Positions 20,185 to 30,661 of a stretch of 64,000 nt of DNA are shown in pieces. Position 1 is the stretch's first letter; each line of letters begins with the position of its first letter. The DNA is taken from NCBI GenBank assembly GCA_003507445.1, contig DNVR01000009.1, positions 2,485 to 66,484 on the forward strand. Reading direction: 5' to 3'. Source of the DNA: Candidatus Moraniibacteriota bacterium. Its GTDB lineage: Bacteria; Patescibacteriota; Minisyncoccia; Moranbacterales; GWC2-37-73. The position numbers were made by a program, and so were the translations under genes. Below the pieces are notes generated by a model. It searched no databases. It was given only the letters and a program-made list of their open reading frames with translations, and was not told the origin of the DNA.

Positions 20185-22527
20185 CTAGACTGGGAGTGTA
20201 GACTGAATAATTGTTTCTTCCACAGGAACTTCATTAATAACTGGTTCCGGCTCTGGCTTGGGCTCTTCTTTCGGTTTGAAATATTCTTCCTTGCATTCCA
20301 AAGTTGGAATAGGATCAAGATCTTTGTTCTTTTTCTTATCCTTTTTAAACCAATCCTGCACACCCTTTTCCCAATTTTTGTATTGAGAATCATCGGATGG
20401 ATCTTTTGGATAATCGCCTCGTGGATCATCTTTTTTCACATAATACAAAATACTGTGAACTTCTCCGAATGTTTTTTTGTCTGAAGTTCCATCAGGGCAA
20501 GAATCATTTGCCAAACAATAATCTCCTTTGTAATCCTTAGCATCCATTTCACACACTTTTACATCTTCTTTAATGTTCTGTTCGCCATTAAGAATTGGCT
20601 TGCCGGCATCTTCTTTTTCATATTTTGGAAATTGTTCAGCTGCGCTGTTTCCCAATGCAAAATTCATAAACGATCTCCAAATTGGAGCAGCCACATAAAT
20701 TCCATCAGCCCCGGCTTTCATAGAAGAGTTGTCATTGTTTCCAGCCCAAACCCCAACCGCAATTGACGGCGTGTATCCCATTGCCCAACCATCGCGAAAT
20801 TCATTGGTTGTTCCAGTCTTGGCCGCAACTTGGCGATCTGAAAATTTGAAAGGATTATTGTCTCCAAACACAGGTGCTCTGAGTTCATTGGTTGACATAA
20901 TATAATCAAGCATAGCAACATATTTTTCTTCAACAATTCTTTGCCCAGCGCTTTGTTTGAATTCTTCCAAAACTGCTCCGTCCTTGTCTTGAATTTTCAA
21001 AATTGCAGTTTTGTCATAGTGAATTCCTCCTGTTGCCAAGCCGCCATAAGCATTAACGTGATCAAGCAATGTCACTTCTCCACCTCCAAGCACCAAGGAC
21101 AGACCATAACGCTCAGGTTGATTAAGACCTTTTATTCCAAGACCTTTTGCAAGTTGGATTGAATCTTTCACTCCTGCCAAATACAAAGTTTTCACGGCAG
21201 GAATGTTGAGCGACATCGCCAATGCATTTTTCATTTGCAGTGGACCTTTGAATTTCCCATCATAATTTTGCGGTTTGTAATCTTTTCCTTCATCAGTACT
21301 GAAGTTTGTTGCCACGTCATATAGCAATGTTTCTGGAGTGTAACCTTTTGTAAAAGCGGTCAGATAAACATATGGTTTAAATGATGATCCCGGTTGGCGA
21401 TCAGCCAAAGCCACATTAACTTGCCCATCAATTGATTTGTCAAAATAATTTTTTGATCCCACCATTGCCAAAATTTGTCCAGTTTTTGGATCCATTGCAA
21501 CCAAGGCTGCGTTGCTGGCATTTTGAGCTTTGTTTTTTTCAGCTCCTTCAACCACTGCTTTCTCCGCAGCTTGTTGTTTGTCCCAATCAAGAGTGGTATA
21601 AACTTTCAATCCTCCTTGTTCCACTGCCTGTTCTCCATATTTTTGCTCCAAATATTCTTTCACATACATCACAAAATGAGGGGCTTGAATATTGTCCTGC
21701 TTGGGAGTTATTTCTGCAAAAATATCCACACTTTTCGCCTCATTCGCTTGATCCTGTGTGATATATCCCAAATCAGCCATCTTTTTAAGCGCTGAATTTT
21801 TTCTTCCAACCAACGCATCACGATGAGAACCAAATGGCGAATAATATGTCGGCGCATTCGGAAGTGAAGCCAAGAGCGCAGCCTCAGCAAGGCTTAAATC
21901 TTTGGCTGATTTTGAAAAAAAAGTTTGCGCTGCTGCTTCAATTCCATATGCACTTGAACCATATGGGATTTGATTAAGATACATTGCCAAAATTTCATCT
22001 TTTGAATATTTTTGTTCAAGCTCAATAGCGAGAATCACTTCTTTGATTTTTCGTGTGAATGTTTTCTCATCGCTAAGCAGAGATTTTTTGATAAACTGTT
22101 GCGTGATTGTGCTTCCTCCCTGAGCAGCGCCTCCTTTGATAATGTCTTTGAAAGCTGATCGTAAAATAGCTTTGGGGTTTACTCCATAATGAGAATAAAA
22201 TTCCTGATCCTCCAGCGCGATTGTGGCATATTTTACATTATCAGGAATCTGCTCAAAAGGTATCACTGTTCTTTTTTCCTCCCCATGTACGTCATACAAA
22301 AGATGTTGACCAGAGCGATCATAAATTTTGGTTGATTGCGCAATAAGCTTTGCATCCACCGAATTTGCACTTGGCAAATCCTTGGCAAAAAAAAGAAAGA
22401 TGCCAATTACAGACAAGATTCCCACACCAAAAAGATACAGGAAAATTTTACCTGCGAGCTTCCACCTTTCATTAGAAGACATTCCTCTAATGTTTTTAAA
22501 ATTTTGTGAGACAAATATTGGTTTCAT
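20185..22527 (-). CDS. Class A penicillin-binding protein
   Basis: EDQEFYSH, GGSTITQQ, RKIKE glycosyltransferase motifs; SSFK, SLN, KTGT transpeptidase motifs. Confidence 0.95.
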   Translation of the reverse strand: MKPIFVSQNFKNIRGMSSNERWKLAGKIFLYLFGVGILSVIGIFLFFAKDLPSANSVDAKLIAQSTKIYDRSGQHLLYDVHGEEKRTVIPFEQIPDNVKYATIALEDQEFYSHYGVNPKAILRSAFKDIIKGGAAQGGSTITQQFIKKSLLSDEKTFTRKIKEVILAIELEQKYSKDEILAMYLNQIPYGSSAYGIEAAAQTFFSKSAKDLSLAEAALLASLPNAPTYYSPFGSHRDALVGRKNSALKKMADLGYITQDQANEAKSVDIFAEITPKQDNIQAPHFVMYVKEYLEQKYGEQAVEQGGLKVYTTLDWDKQQAAEKAVVEGAEKNKAQNASNAALVAMDPKTGQILAMVGSKNYFDKSIDGQVNVALADRQPGSSFKPYVYLTAFTKGYTPETLLYDVATNFSTDEGKDYKPQNYDGKFKGPLQMKNALAMSLNIPAVKTLYLAGVKDSIQLAKGLGIKGLNQPERYGLSLVLGGGEVTLLDHVNAYGGLATGGIHYDKTAILKIQDKDGAVLEEFKQSAGQRIVEEKYVAMLDYIMSTNELRAPVFGDNNPFKFSDRQVAAKTGTTNEFRDGWAMGYTPSIAVGVWAGNNDNSSMKAGADGIYVAAPIWRSFMNFALGNSAAEQFPKYEKEDAGKPILNGEQNIKEDVKVCEMDAKDYKGDYCLANDSCPDGTSDKKTFGEVHSILYYVKKDDPRGDYPKDPSDDSQYKNWEKGVQDWFKKDKKKNKDLDPIPTLECKEEYFKPKEEPKPEPEPVINEVPVEETIIQSTLPV

Positions 22528-22529
22528 AT

Positions 22530-22784
22530 TCACCCTGTTAAATAAGATTTGAGTCTCTTTTTGAGAAACATCTTACCATGATAAGTTTTTAAATATTTTT
22601 CCCTATGAGTTGCATCTTGTTGATTTAGACACGCCTCATAATAAATCAGCTTTAATGAGCGTCTTTCCTTAGTGCAAGGAACCATGCCTTTTGCATGTAA
22701 CTCAAATCTTAATTTTAAATTTTTCGTATAACCTATATATCTGTCTTTATCTTTTTCGCTAACAAGCACATATACATAAAACAT
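22530..22784 (-). CDS. Small GIY-YIG nuclease
   Basis: YVYVL..YIGYT..L..R...H, YYEA, REKYLK; the ORF end overlaps the terminal inverted repeat. Confidence 0.92.
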   Translation of the reverse strand: MFYVYVLVSEKDKDRYIGYTKNLKLRFELHAKGMVPCTKERRSLKLIYYEACLNQQDATHREKYLKTYHGKMFLKKRLKSYLTG

Positions 22785-22822
22785 ACGCAGTGTTAAAAAA
22801 ATTTAAAATTATTTAACAGGGT
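22532..22822. mobile_element. GIY-YIG-carrying mini-element with 14-bp terminal inverted repeats
   Basis: ACCCTGTTAAATAA...TTATTTAACAGGGT bracket the ORF; two shorter relatives in the window. Confidence 0.8.
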
Positions 22823-22896
22823 AAATTTTGAACTATGAATATATTATATGCTTAAAGCAGCTTTTTTCAAAGCCGCTCTAGTATACACGAAACTGA

Positions 22897-24237
22897 TTAT
22901 TTATCAAGAGTTTGTACTAGATCATCATCGGAAATTCCAAGTTGCTCAAGTATCCAGATATGCCTGGGGTTTGCAGGATCATATTTCCCAACGGAAAATT
23001 TTAGTTCCTCACGATCATTACCTTTTATAACGATCCACGTATTAATGTTACCCTCCCTGTAAACTATATCCCGCGTAAGACAAGCTCCTTTTTCAGAACA
23101 ATTTGTACCCCGAAATGTTCTGACACATCGGTTCCATGCTCCAACCTTCGCGTTTTCCCAGGATTTTTGCAGATCTTTGCTTTTGGAACGTATAAAGAAA
23201 AAATCTCTCAATATATTAAAAACATCCCTGAAATCCCTTTTATTTCCATCCAATCCGACCGCAAGCGAAATCGCCAAATGTCCATCAAATCCCGCAAAAC
23301 TATCTGAGCCTCCAATACTCTGCTCCTCAAAAGCTGAAATTCCCTCTTCGCCCAAAAGATACCTGTCGAGACCCAATCCCAGTAATTTCAATTTCGATCT
23401 TTCTCCACTTTCACGACGAAGAACATGAGTTTTGATTTCATGTGCGATAAGTTTTTTCAATTCCAAACTTGTCAATTTCTTGTTTTCTGGAATTCTGACA
23501 TTCTTTTTTTCTTGACTTACCGAGATCGCTTTTATGTTTTCATCAACAAGCACTTGCCATCCCTCCACTCCCAATTCATCCATAGCTTCGGAAAACTCAT
23601 TTCTGATTTCTTGCGCATTATATTTTTTACTGGCTTCAAATGGATACTGCAATATTCTTTTTTTATGAGGAAGAAATTCTTTTTCAATACCAGAGGACTC
23701 ACTCAAAGTGTCAAGATTCAAAGATTCTTTCAGTCTTCTTATCGCAAACAACACCCTAAAATCGTCAGAATTTTCCTTCTCCTTTATCGCTTCCGCTATC
23801 TCCTCCAAGTCAAATTGAAAGACATCTTTATCGGGCTCCCCATATATAAAACTTGAATATCGCGCAAAACTTCTAGGATCTCCATTTTTTGAGGCTTTCA
23901 ACATTCTCACTTCAGCAATTTTTTGATTGATTTTCCATCGGTATGTCTTTTGAACGGTTTCGTTTGTCTCATTTTCCAATATATTTTTCTTAAGCTTCAG
24001 CAGCTCTTCTTCTCTCCCCTCAAGGTCGAACTTTTCTAATTTAGGATAATCAAGTTCAGGGTTTCTGACTTGTTCGTTTAGAAAAAGATTCTTTTGATTT
24101 TCTCTAAATTTCTTATCTCCTTCCAGATATTCAAAATCTTGGAAAGATCCTATTCTTTCAAACATATCAAACCACTGCTCATCCACGGCAGGTTGCCTCT
24201 CTTTTTTGTCCTGATTTGTTGGCAGTTCAAAAGACAT
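22897..24237 (-). CDS. DUF1704 family (MATCAP-like) metallopeptidase
   Basis: AHEIKTH (HExxxH) followed by GEEG, then R.FRG, TRDIVYREG and GKYD. Confidence 0.8.
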   Translation of the reverse strand: MSFELPTNQDKKERQPAVDEQWFDMFERIGSFQDFEYLEGDKKFRENQKNLFLNEQVRNPELDYPKLEKFDLEGREEELLKLKKNILENETNETVQKTYRWKINQKIAEVRMLKASKNGDPRSFARYSSFIYGEPDKDVFQFDLEEIAEAIKEKENSDDFRVLFAIRRLKESLNLDTLSESSGIEKEFLPHKKRILQYPFEASKKYNAQEIRNEFSEAMDELGVEGWQVLVDENIKAISVSQEKKNVRIPENKKLTSLELKKLIAHEIKTHVLRRESGERSKLKLLGLGLDRYLLGEEGISAFEEQSIGGSDSFAGFDGHLAISLAVGLDGNKRDFRDVFNILRDFFFIRSKSKDLQKSWENAKVGAWNRCVRTFRGTNCSEKGACLTRDIVYREGNINTWIVIKGNDREELKFSVGKYDPANPRHIWILEQLGISDDDLVQTLDK

Positions 24238-24267
24238 ACGTTCTTGTTGAAAACATTCATATTATGC

Positions 24268-24750
24268 TTATATTATAACACTTCTATCCATATCCATGTA
24301 GTGTTTTTTCTCACCGTTTTTATATTGACCGCAGATGCCACCATATTCAAACCCGAATTTCTCATAGAAATTTCGCAGATCGTTCGAGTCTCTGAAATGC
24401 AATTTTATTTTTTGGAAGCCATTGTTAATGAAAGATCTGTCGATAAATTTTTCCACCAAAATCTTTCCGTAGCCTTTCCCCTCCAATTCATCGCCGACAA
24501 GCAGAGCACTGAGAATAATACTGGAACGATCATTTTTGTTGATTCTTCCCATTATCAAAGCACTTATTTTCTCTTCTTTTTCAACAATAAAACAAACTCC
24601 GTTATTTTCCTTCATAAAAAAAGAATTTACTCCAGTCATGCTCCATTTAGATTTTGGAAAACTGATATTATAAAATTCCAGTAGTTCTTTCTTTTTTGAA
24701 AAACTCTGGTCAAGCAGTTCAATTATTTGAATTTTCTCCTTCATACTCAT
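24268..24750 (-). CDS. GNAT family acetyltransferase
   Basis: EGKGYGKIL acetyl-CoA motif, FYEKFGF. Confidence 0.88.
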   Translation of the reverse strand: MSMKEKIQIIELLDQSFSKKKELLEFYNISFPKSKWSMTGVNSFFMKENNGVCFIVEKEEKISALIMGRINKNDRSSIILSALLVGDELEGKGYGKILVEKFIDRSFINNGFQKIKLHFRDSNDLRNFYEKFGFEYGGICGQYKNGEKKHYMDMDRSVII

Positions 24751-24761
24751 TTTGCTGTCAG

Positions 24762-25787
24762 TTATTTTTTCGCCAATATTTTTTCATATAATTTCAAGTA
24801 TTTTTTCGCCATTACTGAACTGTCAAAATTTTCTTCAGCATATTTTCTACATGCAGCCCTATCAAACATTTCGGTCTTTTTCACAGCCTCCACCAGTTCA
24901 TTGAAATCATCGGAAAGAAAAGCGACCTTTTCGTTTTGCAAAAGTTCCAATAATGGTCCAACTGTCGTTCCTATCACAGGCGTTCCGCAAGCCAATGCCT
25001 CAGCCACAACCATTGGGCAAACCTCTGGCCTTCTAATGGGAAAAAGTAATGCCGATGCTCCTCTCAAATATCTATAAATCTCATCGTGCTCAACCTCTCC
25101 TTTGTATAAAATATTTTCATTATCCAAAAATGGCTCTATTTTTTCAACAAAAAACTTTTTTCTTTCACTAGTATTTCCAATTCTTCCAAAGATTAACAAT
25201 TTTTTTTCTGCTAAAAGAGCAATTTGAATTGCAGTATCTACACCTTTTTGATCATTGAGTCTGCCGACGAACATTAGATATTCTCCGCCTTGAAAAGAAA
25301 ATTCGATATTTTTTACCGGCACACCATTATATATAACGGCAGATGTATGCAGCGCGCCTCTTTGCGTCTGACTGAGCGCTACAGTATGCAAACCAGAAGC
25401 GATTGAGTCATCAAAAACGTTCTGTGAGATCTTATTATGGAAGGACACCACACAAGGAATTTTCAGTTTTGAAGCGACAATGGGTGCTTCACGCTGACTG
25501 TTGAAATGGATGATGTCATAATCTTCCGCAGACTCTACAACCTTCATCTGACTTTCAAGTCTCAATCCTATAAGATCTGTTTTTTCAGCTTTGGGCATGT
25601 TTTGAATACTTTTTTCCAATGTGACAACATGTTTTGCTCGCGTGTTCCAATCTGCTGGAGCAAACAGCGTTACATCTTCGCCCATATCAAAAAGCGCGTC
25701 AGTCAAATTTTGAGCGACAACTTCAGGACCTCCTGTATCTCCGAATGGTGGTGCAATTATGGCAATGCGTATTTTTTTATCGCTCAT
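24762..25787 (-). CDS. Glycosyltransferase family 4
   Basis: GGPE, IYNGV, VGRL..QKG, E..PMVVAEALACGTPVI. Confidence 0.92.
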   Translation of the reverse strand: MSDKKIRIAIIAPPFGDTGGPEVVAQNLTDALFDMGEDVTLFAPADWNTRAKHVVTLEKSIQNMPKAEKTDLIGLRLESQMKVVESAEDYDIIHFNSQREAPIVASKLKIPCVVSFHNKISQNVFDDSIASGLHTVALSQTQRGALHTSAVIYNGVPVKNIEFSFQGGEYLMFVGRLNDQKGVDTAIQIALLAEKKLLIFGRIGNTSERKKFFVEKIEPFLDNENILYKGEVEHDEIYRYLRGASALLFPIRRPEVCPMVVAEALACGTPVIGTTVGPLLELLQNEKVAFLSDDFNELVEAVKKTEMFDRAACRKYAEENFDSSVMAKKYLKLYEKILAKK

Positions 25788-26737
25788 TATAACAAGTCTG
25801 TTATAGATTCAAAATTCTCCTGTTTCGTCTTTTCATCTCCTAATAGCGTCACCAGATCTATCCCTGGCGTCGTATTCATCTCAACAAAATACGGCCTGCC
25901 ATCGTTGTCAAAAATGAAATCAAGTGAATATTGCGCATTTTGAAATATTAAGATTTTTTTATTTATTTTTTCAGCCATATCATTGAGGCACTCTGGTATC
26001 ATCTCCTTTGGGATCATCTTGCCTGCCGCACCTTGATGCAGATTCGTAAAAAGCGATCCGGATTTTGCAATCCTTGAAAGCGCATACGCCATTTTCCCTC
26101 CTTGATACACCATTCGCAAATCAGCAACTTCATCTTTTTGCGATATACCTGGGATACCTTTTTCACTTACGATAAATTCTTGCACCAAAACTGGATAAAT
26201 ATATTTTTCTGATAAAGCTTTCTTTTTTTCTCCAATAAAAATTCCGAAGCCACCAGAGCCATACAATGGTTTTATTACAATTTTTTGAGAAGGACTTTCC
26301 GTTATTGTTTTCTTTAATTCCTCTTTGTTATTTGCAATTTGTGAAAATGGCATAAATTCTCCAAACATTACATATTGGGAAAGTTTATTATTAAATGTTG
26401 CCCGAAAAAGTGGAGAATTAAAAAGCAAAGTTTTTTCGGCAATTTTTAACTTATATTCAAGCAGTGAATAATCATATTTACTCAAAACTTTGTCATAAAT
26501 TAAGTCAGGACAAATATCGTTTTCGATTTTTTGCCAAGCACCTTCACGAAAAGTCCATGCTTTTGTGAAAACATTTTTTTCCAAGTCATACCACTTAATG
26601 CTTGCGCGATAAAGATTCACGCCAACTTTTTGAGCTCGATCCATCCAATCTTGGATTGCAAGTCTTGTTCCTTCATTACTAATTGGAACAATCTTTTCCC
26701 AATCATCACCAGCATATACGATAACGATGTTTTTCAT
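25787..26737 (-). CDS. ATP-grasp protein (YheC/D- or RimK-like)
   Basis: NNKL.QY, IKPLYGSGGFGI, VQEFI, DLR, TNLHQG, SLDF, EMNTTPG. Confidence 0.85.
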   Translation of the reverse strand: MKNIVIVYAGDDWEKIVPISNEGTRLAIQDWMDRAQKVGVNLYRASIKWYDLEKNVFTKAWTFREGAWQKIENDICPDLIYDKVLSKYDYSLLEYKLKIAEKTLLFNSPLFRATFNNKLSQYVMFGEFMPFSQIANNKEELKKTITESPSQKIVIKPLYGSGGFGIFIGEKKKALSEKYIYPVLVQEFIVSEKGIPGISQKDEVADLRMVYQGGKMAYALSRIAKSGSLFTNLHQGAAGKMIPKEMIPECLNDMAEKINKKILIFQNAQYSLDFIFDNDGRPYFVEMNTTPGIDLVTLLGDEKTKQENFESITDLL

Positions 26738-26744
26738 ATAAAAT

Positions 26745-28175
26745 TTACTTATTTACGTCAATTAAAAATTTTCCCAAATTCCGCTTGCCTACAATGATTG
26801 AATACTGCAAGTGTGAACGATCAATAATTGTAACCCTGGCATTAATTTCGACTCCGTCCATATTCATACTAATCCTAACCATCGGACGATAAGTTGTTCC
26901 ATGTGAAGAATGAATTATAGCAGTGTCGCAAACATCTGGATATTTTTTAAAAATATTTATTCTTTCTGATTTATTTAAACTTTTTATTTTTTCATATTCA
27001 ACATTTTCGTGCTCAATAGCATCTACCACTTCATTAAAACCAAGCTTTCTAGCAAGCTCCAAATCAATAGAAGTAAAGCCGGCTCCGGTGTCTATCTTGG
27101 CTTCTATTTCAATCTCCACTGCATTTTTTCCAATCAATTTTACCTTTTCCATTGTTCCAATCACTTTTCGTCCGGAAATTTCCTCGACTTCTTCTTCCAC
27201 TTCTCCTCCGAACAAATCCCTGCCCACACGCACACCGCGCACAGCTGTTTTTATTTTAAGACCTTTGATACGCTCAAGTCTTTCTTTAAGGCCACTAAGA
27301 TTAGCAACTTGAATAGCAAGTCCAGGGCGAGCATTAATTTCCAAAAATACTGGTCCACGTTCACGATCAATTGCGACATCAGCTCCCAAAAATCCCATTC
27401 CGGAAACTTCTTGTGCTTTAACTGCCAACAATAAAATATCCTTCCAATATGGAATTCTGATTCCGGAAAGAAGCATTCTTGTTCCAGGGACATAGTCAAT
27501 AATTTTTCCCTTGCCCAGAACTGCAGTTGTGGTCACACCTGAAGCCAAATCGATTCCCACTCCAATTCCTCCTTGCTGCAAGTTGGCTTTTCCGCCAGAT
27601 TCTTTCGTTGGCAGACGAAGCATCGCCATTACTGGAGTATGATTAAAAACAATCACACGAATATCTGGAATTCCTTTGTATGCATACGGTTTAAAAAGTT
27701 TAAGCAAAGTTAAACGTTCTTCAAAAAAAGCAATGTCAGGCATATTAGCAAGCGAAAAAGCACCGTCCAAAATATTCAAAATGTGACTTTTAATGTCTTC
27801 TACCGTAACCTTACTACCATCTGCTTTTATCCAAACAGGCAATGGCATCTCGCTTTCATCGTCCACTAAAATTTTTCGATTATTTTTTTTCCTTCCATAT
27901 ACAACCATAATTCCACCACCGCCATATCCACGATTAGGCTTAAGCGCAAATGTGCTCGGCAAAGAAAACCAGTCGAAATTTTCCAATTCCTCGACTGTCC
28001 TAATTTTTGCAAGCAATTTTGGCACAGGAATACCACCCTTTTTAAGCATCCTCTTGCTTAAAATTTTGTCATCTGCCAATTTTTTTGCCTTTTTTCTATT
28101 GTATGGACGAATGTAATCAAGGTTGCGAGCATTCATTCCCAACAACTTTTTTCCATTCTTAAAAATTTCAAACAT
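26745..28175 (-). CDS. Sugar-transfer-associated ATP-grasp fused to a RimK-associated aspartyl-type protease domain
   Basis: LGMNARN, DDKILSK, KPNRG.GG.G, PDIRV, ANLQQGG, EINARPGL; C-terminal AKIDTGA..TSID ... IVGKR. Confidence 0.88.
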   Translation of the reverse strand: MFEIFKNGKKLLGMNARNLDYIRPYNRKKAKKLADDKILSKRMLKKGGIPVPKLLAKIRTVEELENFDWFSLPSTFALKPNRGYGGGGIMVVYGRKKNNRKILVDDESEMPLPVWIKADGSKVTVEDIKSHILNILDGAFSLANMPDIAFFEERLTLLKLFKPYAYKGIPDIRVIVFNHTPVMAMLRLPTKESGGKANLQQGGIGVGIDLASGVTTTAVLGKGKIIDYVPGTRMLLSGIRIPYWKDILLLAVKAQEVSGMGFLGADVAIDRERGPVFLEINARPGLAIQVANLSGLKERLERIKGLKIKTAVRGVRVGRDLFGGEVEEEVEEISGRKVIGTMEKVKLIGKNAVEIEIEAKIDTGAGFTSIDLELARKLGFNEVVDAIEHENVEYEKIKSLNKSERINIFKKYPDVCDTAIIHSSHGTTYRPMVRISMNMDGVEINARVTIIDRSHLQYSIIVGKRNLGKFLIDVNK

Positions 28176-28322
28176 ATTTTTTATAATAACCAAGAAACAA
28201 GCACCAATTTCCAAACAAATCACAAATTCAAACATACAATGACCAAAAAATACTTTGGATTTGGTTATTGATTATTGAAAATTATTTGTTTCTTGGAATT
28301 TGTTTCTTGGTTATTGAAAAAT

Positions 28323-28979
28323 TTACTTTAAATTCTTCAGCACTTCCCTAAAACGAAAATATTCATTAAGTCTGAGTCCATCCCACTTTCCCAAGAAAAT
28401 GTTAATTGGAATTGCAATTAAAATAAGCCACGGGAAAGCTACGATACCTTTTATCAAGGCTGGCCAACTTGCCAAATAATACCCAACAAGAGAAATTACC
28501 AATGTTTCCACGGCTAAAATGAGAGCTGCCTTATTTCCCTTTTCAATTTGCGCTGCCACAAATTTTTCCACAATCGTAATCATAATCAAAATTGGAAAAA
28601 TTGAAACTGCAGCCAGACCAGTTCTTTGCATTGCGCCTCCGAAACTAAGCAAAAATAAAATTGAAAGTGCAATAATGCTAAGAGTAATAGCCACACGGGG
28701 CAAATACAAAATGCGAAGACCTTTCAATGCAAAGCGAAGTAGCATTCCAACCAAAATTACCACAATAAAAATAAGAACGCCGTAGCGAAGTTGTGGTACA
28801 GCCAAGAATGCAAATGTCACAATCGCAGGTGTATAAATACCAAAAGCCTTAATTCCGATTACCTGACGAAAAAAAGCGATCAACGTTACCACAATTGGCA
28901 ACATTAAAAGCAAGATTACCGTGTCAAGCGGCACACCTTGCTGGATAAAGTATTTAATAAGAGGACTGATGTTTTCCAT
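28323..28979 (-). CDS. 7TM domain protein (inactive-transglutaminase-associated type)
   Basis: RQVIGIKAFGIYTP, YLPR, FPILIM..VEKF, GKW.GLRL.EY.RF. Confidence 0.85.
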   Translation of the reverse strand: MENISPLIKYFIQQGVPLDTVILLLMLPIVVTLIAFFRQVIGIKAFGIYTPAIVTFAFLAVPQLRYGVLIFIVVILVGMLLRFALKGLRILYLPRVAITLSIIALSILFLLSFGGAMQRTGLAAVSIFPILIMITIVEKFVAAQIEKGNKAALILAVETLVISLVGYYLASWPALIKGIVAFPWLILIAIPINIFLGKWDGLRLNEYFRFREVLKNLK

Positions 28980-29085
28980 AATAAAATTTAAATCTAAAGG
29001 CTAAATTTTAAAGACTAATTCAAGTATAAATTCTAAATTACAAAATTTATACTTTTAACCTTAGATTTGATTTAGAAGTTAGTAC

Positions 29086-29628
29086 TTAGACTTTAGACTT
29101 AATTCCACGCATTTTGCGGCTATTCAAATGACACAGTGCTATTGCAATTGCATCAGCGGTGTCATCTGGTTTGGGAATCTCTTTCAATTTCAAAATATTC
29201 TTTACCATCAGCTGTATTTGCTTCTTTTCTGCCCTACCATACCCAGTCAAAGCTTGCTTGACTTGCAGCGGTGTGTATTCAAATATGCTAACACAAAATC
29301 TCTCAAGTGTCAAGAGTATAGACCCCCTAGCTTGGCTTACTTTCATTACTGTTTTTACGTTCTTAAAAAAGAACAAATCTTCCACCGCAGCCTCATCAGG
29401 CTTATATTTTTCAATTATTTGTTCCAAGTCTTTCACAACCTCAAAAAGCCGCTCAGCTGTACTGTTTTTTGGCGAAGTTGTGATGTGACCATATGCAACA
29501 GATGTCACACATCCTTTCGTTTCATCCAAAATAGCCCACCCAACGATGGCAGTTCCTGGATCTATTCCCAAAACCCGTAGCGTTTTGACAGTATCTGGTA
29601 TCTGGTATTTGGTATTTGGTATTTTCAT
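29086..29628 (-). CDS. ruvC: Holliday junction resolvase RuvC
   Basis: LGIDPG, AVEDLFF, EYTPLQVK, DDTADAIAIA; N-terminus repeat-derived, so start uncertain. Confidence 0.95.
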   Translation of the reverse strand: MKIPNTKYQIPDTVKTLRVLGIDPGTAIVGWAILDETKGCVTSVAYGHITTSPKNSTAERLFEVVKDLEQIIEKYKPDEAAVEDLFFFKNVKTVMKVSQARGSILLTLERFCVSIFEYTPLQVKQALTGYGRAEKKQIQLMVKNILKLKEIPKPDDTADAIAIALCHLNSRKMRGIKSKV

Positions 29629-29721
29629 TAAATAAATTTATTTAAAATTCCATTTTTTATCTATTTGTTTTAATTTTTGCATTTTATACTAAATACAAAA
29701 TACTAAATACCATATACAACC

Positions 29722-30438
29722 CTAGGGGTTATCATAGATTTCCTGCACGTCGTCGTTCTCGTCTAATTTTTCTAAAAGTTTTTCGTAGTCAATTTTTGAC
29801 TCAGGATCGAGCTGCGTTTTTTGAATCGGAGCATAGACAAGTTCGGCGCCTTCAACTGAAAGTCCGGCTTTGTCCAAATTTTCTTTAACTTTCTGCAAAT
29901 CTTCTATTTTTGTATAAACAATCACAATATCATCTTCATACAAAGTGTCTTCTGCGCCAGCTTCAATGGCTGCCATTTCAACTTCATATGGATCCTTGTC
30001 GCCAACTGCAACCGCAATGTTGCCGACGAGTTTAAACATAAACTTCACGCCACCTTCAGAAGCAGGTTTGCCACCAGCTTTTGTCAAAATACTGCGAATC
30101 TCACTTCCGGTTCTATTTCTATTATCCGTAGCAGTCTTGATAAGCATTGCCACATTTCCAGGGCCATAACCTTCGTATACAATTTCTTCAATTTCAACTC
30201 CGTCTTTCAATTCTCCTGTACCTTTCTTGATGGCACGTTCAATTGTGTCTTTTGGCATATTTTCAAACCTTGCTCGATCAATTGCCATTTGCAATTTGAA
30301 ATTCATCTCTGGTTTGCCACCACCTTCTTTGGCCGCAATCGTAATAAGACGCCCATATTTTGTAAAAACATTAGCCCTCTTGGCATCATTAACGCCTTTT
30401 CTTTGTTTTATTCCCGCCCAATGTGAATGTCCACTCAT
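29722..30438 (-). CDS. yebC: YebC/PmpR family protein
   Basis: MSGHSHWAGIK, YEGYGP, TDNRNRT, DDVQEIY. Confidence 0.95.
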   Translation of the reverse strand: MSGHSHWAGIKQRKGVNDAKRANVFTKYGRLITIAAKEGGGKPEMNFKLQMAIDRARFENMPKDTIERAIKKGTGELKDGVEIEEIVYEGYGPGNVAMLIKTATDNRNRTGSEIRSILTKAGGKPASEGGVKFMFKLVGNIAVAVGDKDPYEVEMAAIEAGAEDTLYEDDIVIVYTKIEDLQKVKENLDKAGLSVEGAELVYAPIQKTQLDPESKIDYEKLLEKLDENDDVQEIYDNP

Positions 30439-30661
30439 AATGTTCATGAAACATATAGCATAAAGCATGTAGCAAAATTCAAATTCACATATTAATGCCG
30501 CTCTTTATGTTACATGTTATATGTTACATGTTATATGGTTAAGTCTACCACCCTAAACCACTCATTTCAAGCCGCAACCTTTGACAATAACCCTTTTCCA
30601 AATTACGATGGACATATCAAACTTGTTATTAATATAAACTAAATACAAAGGGAGGTTCGCA

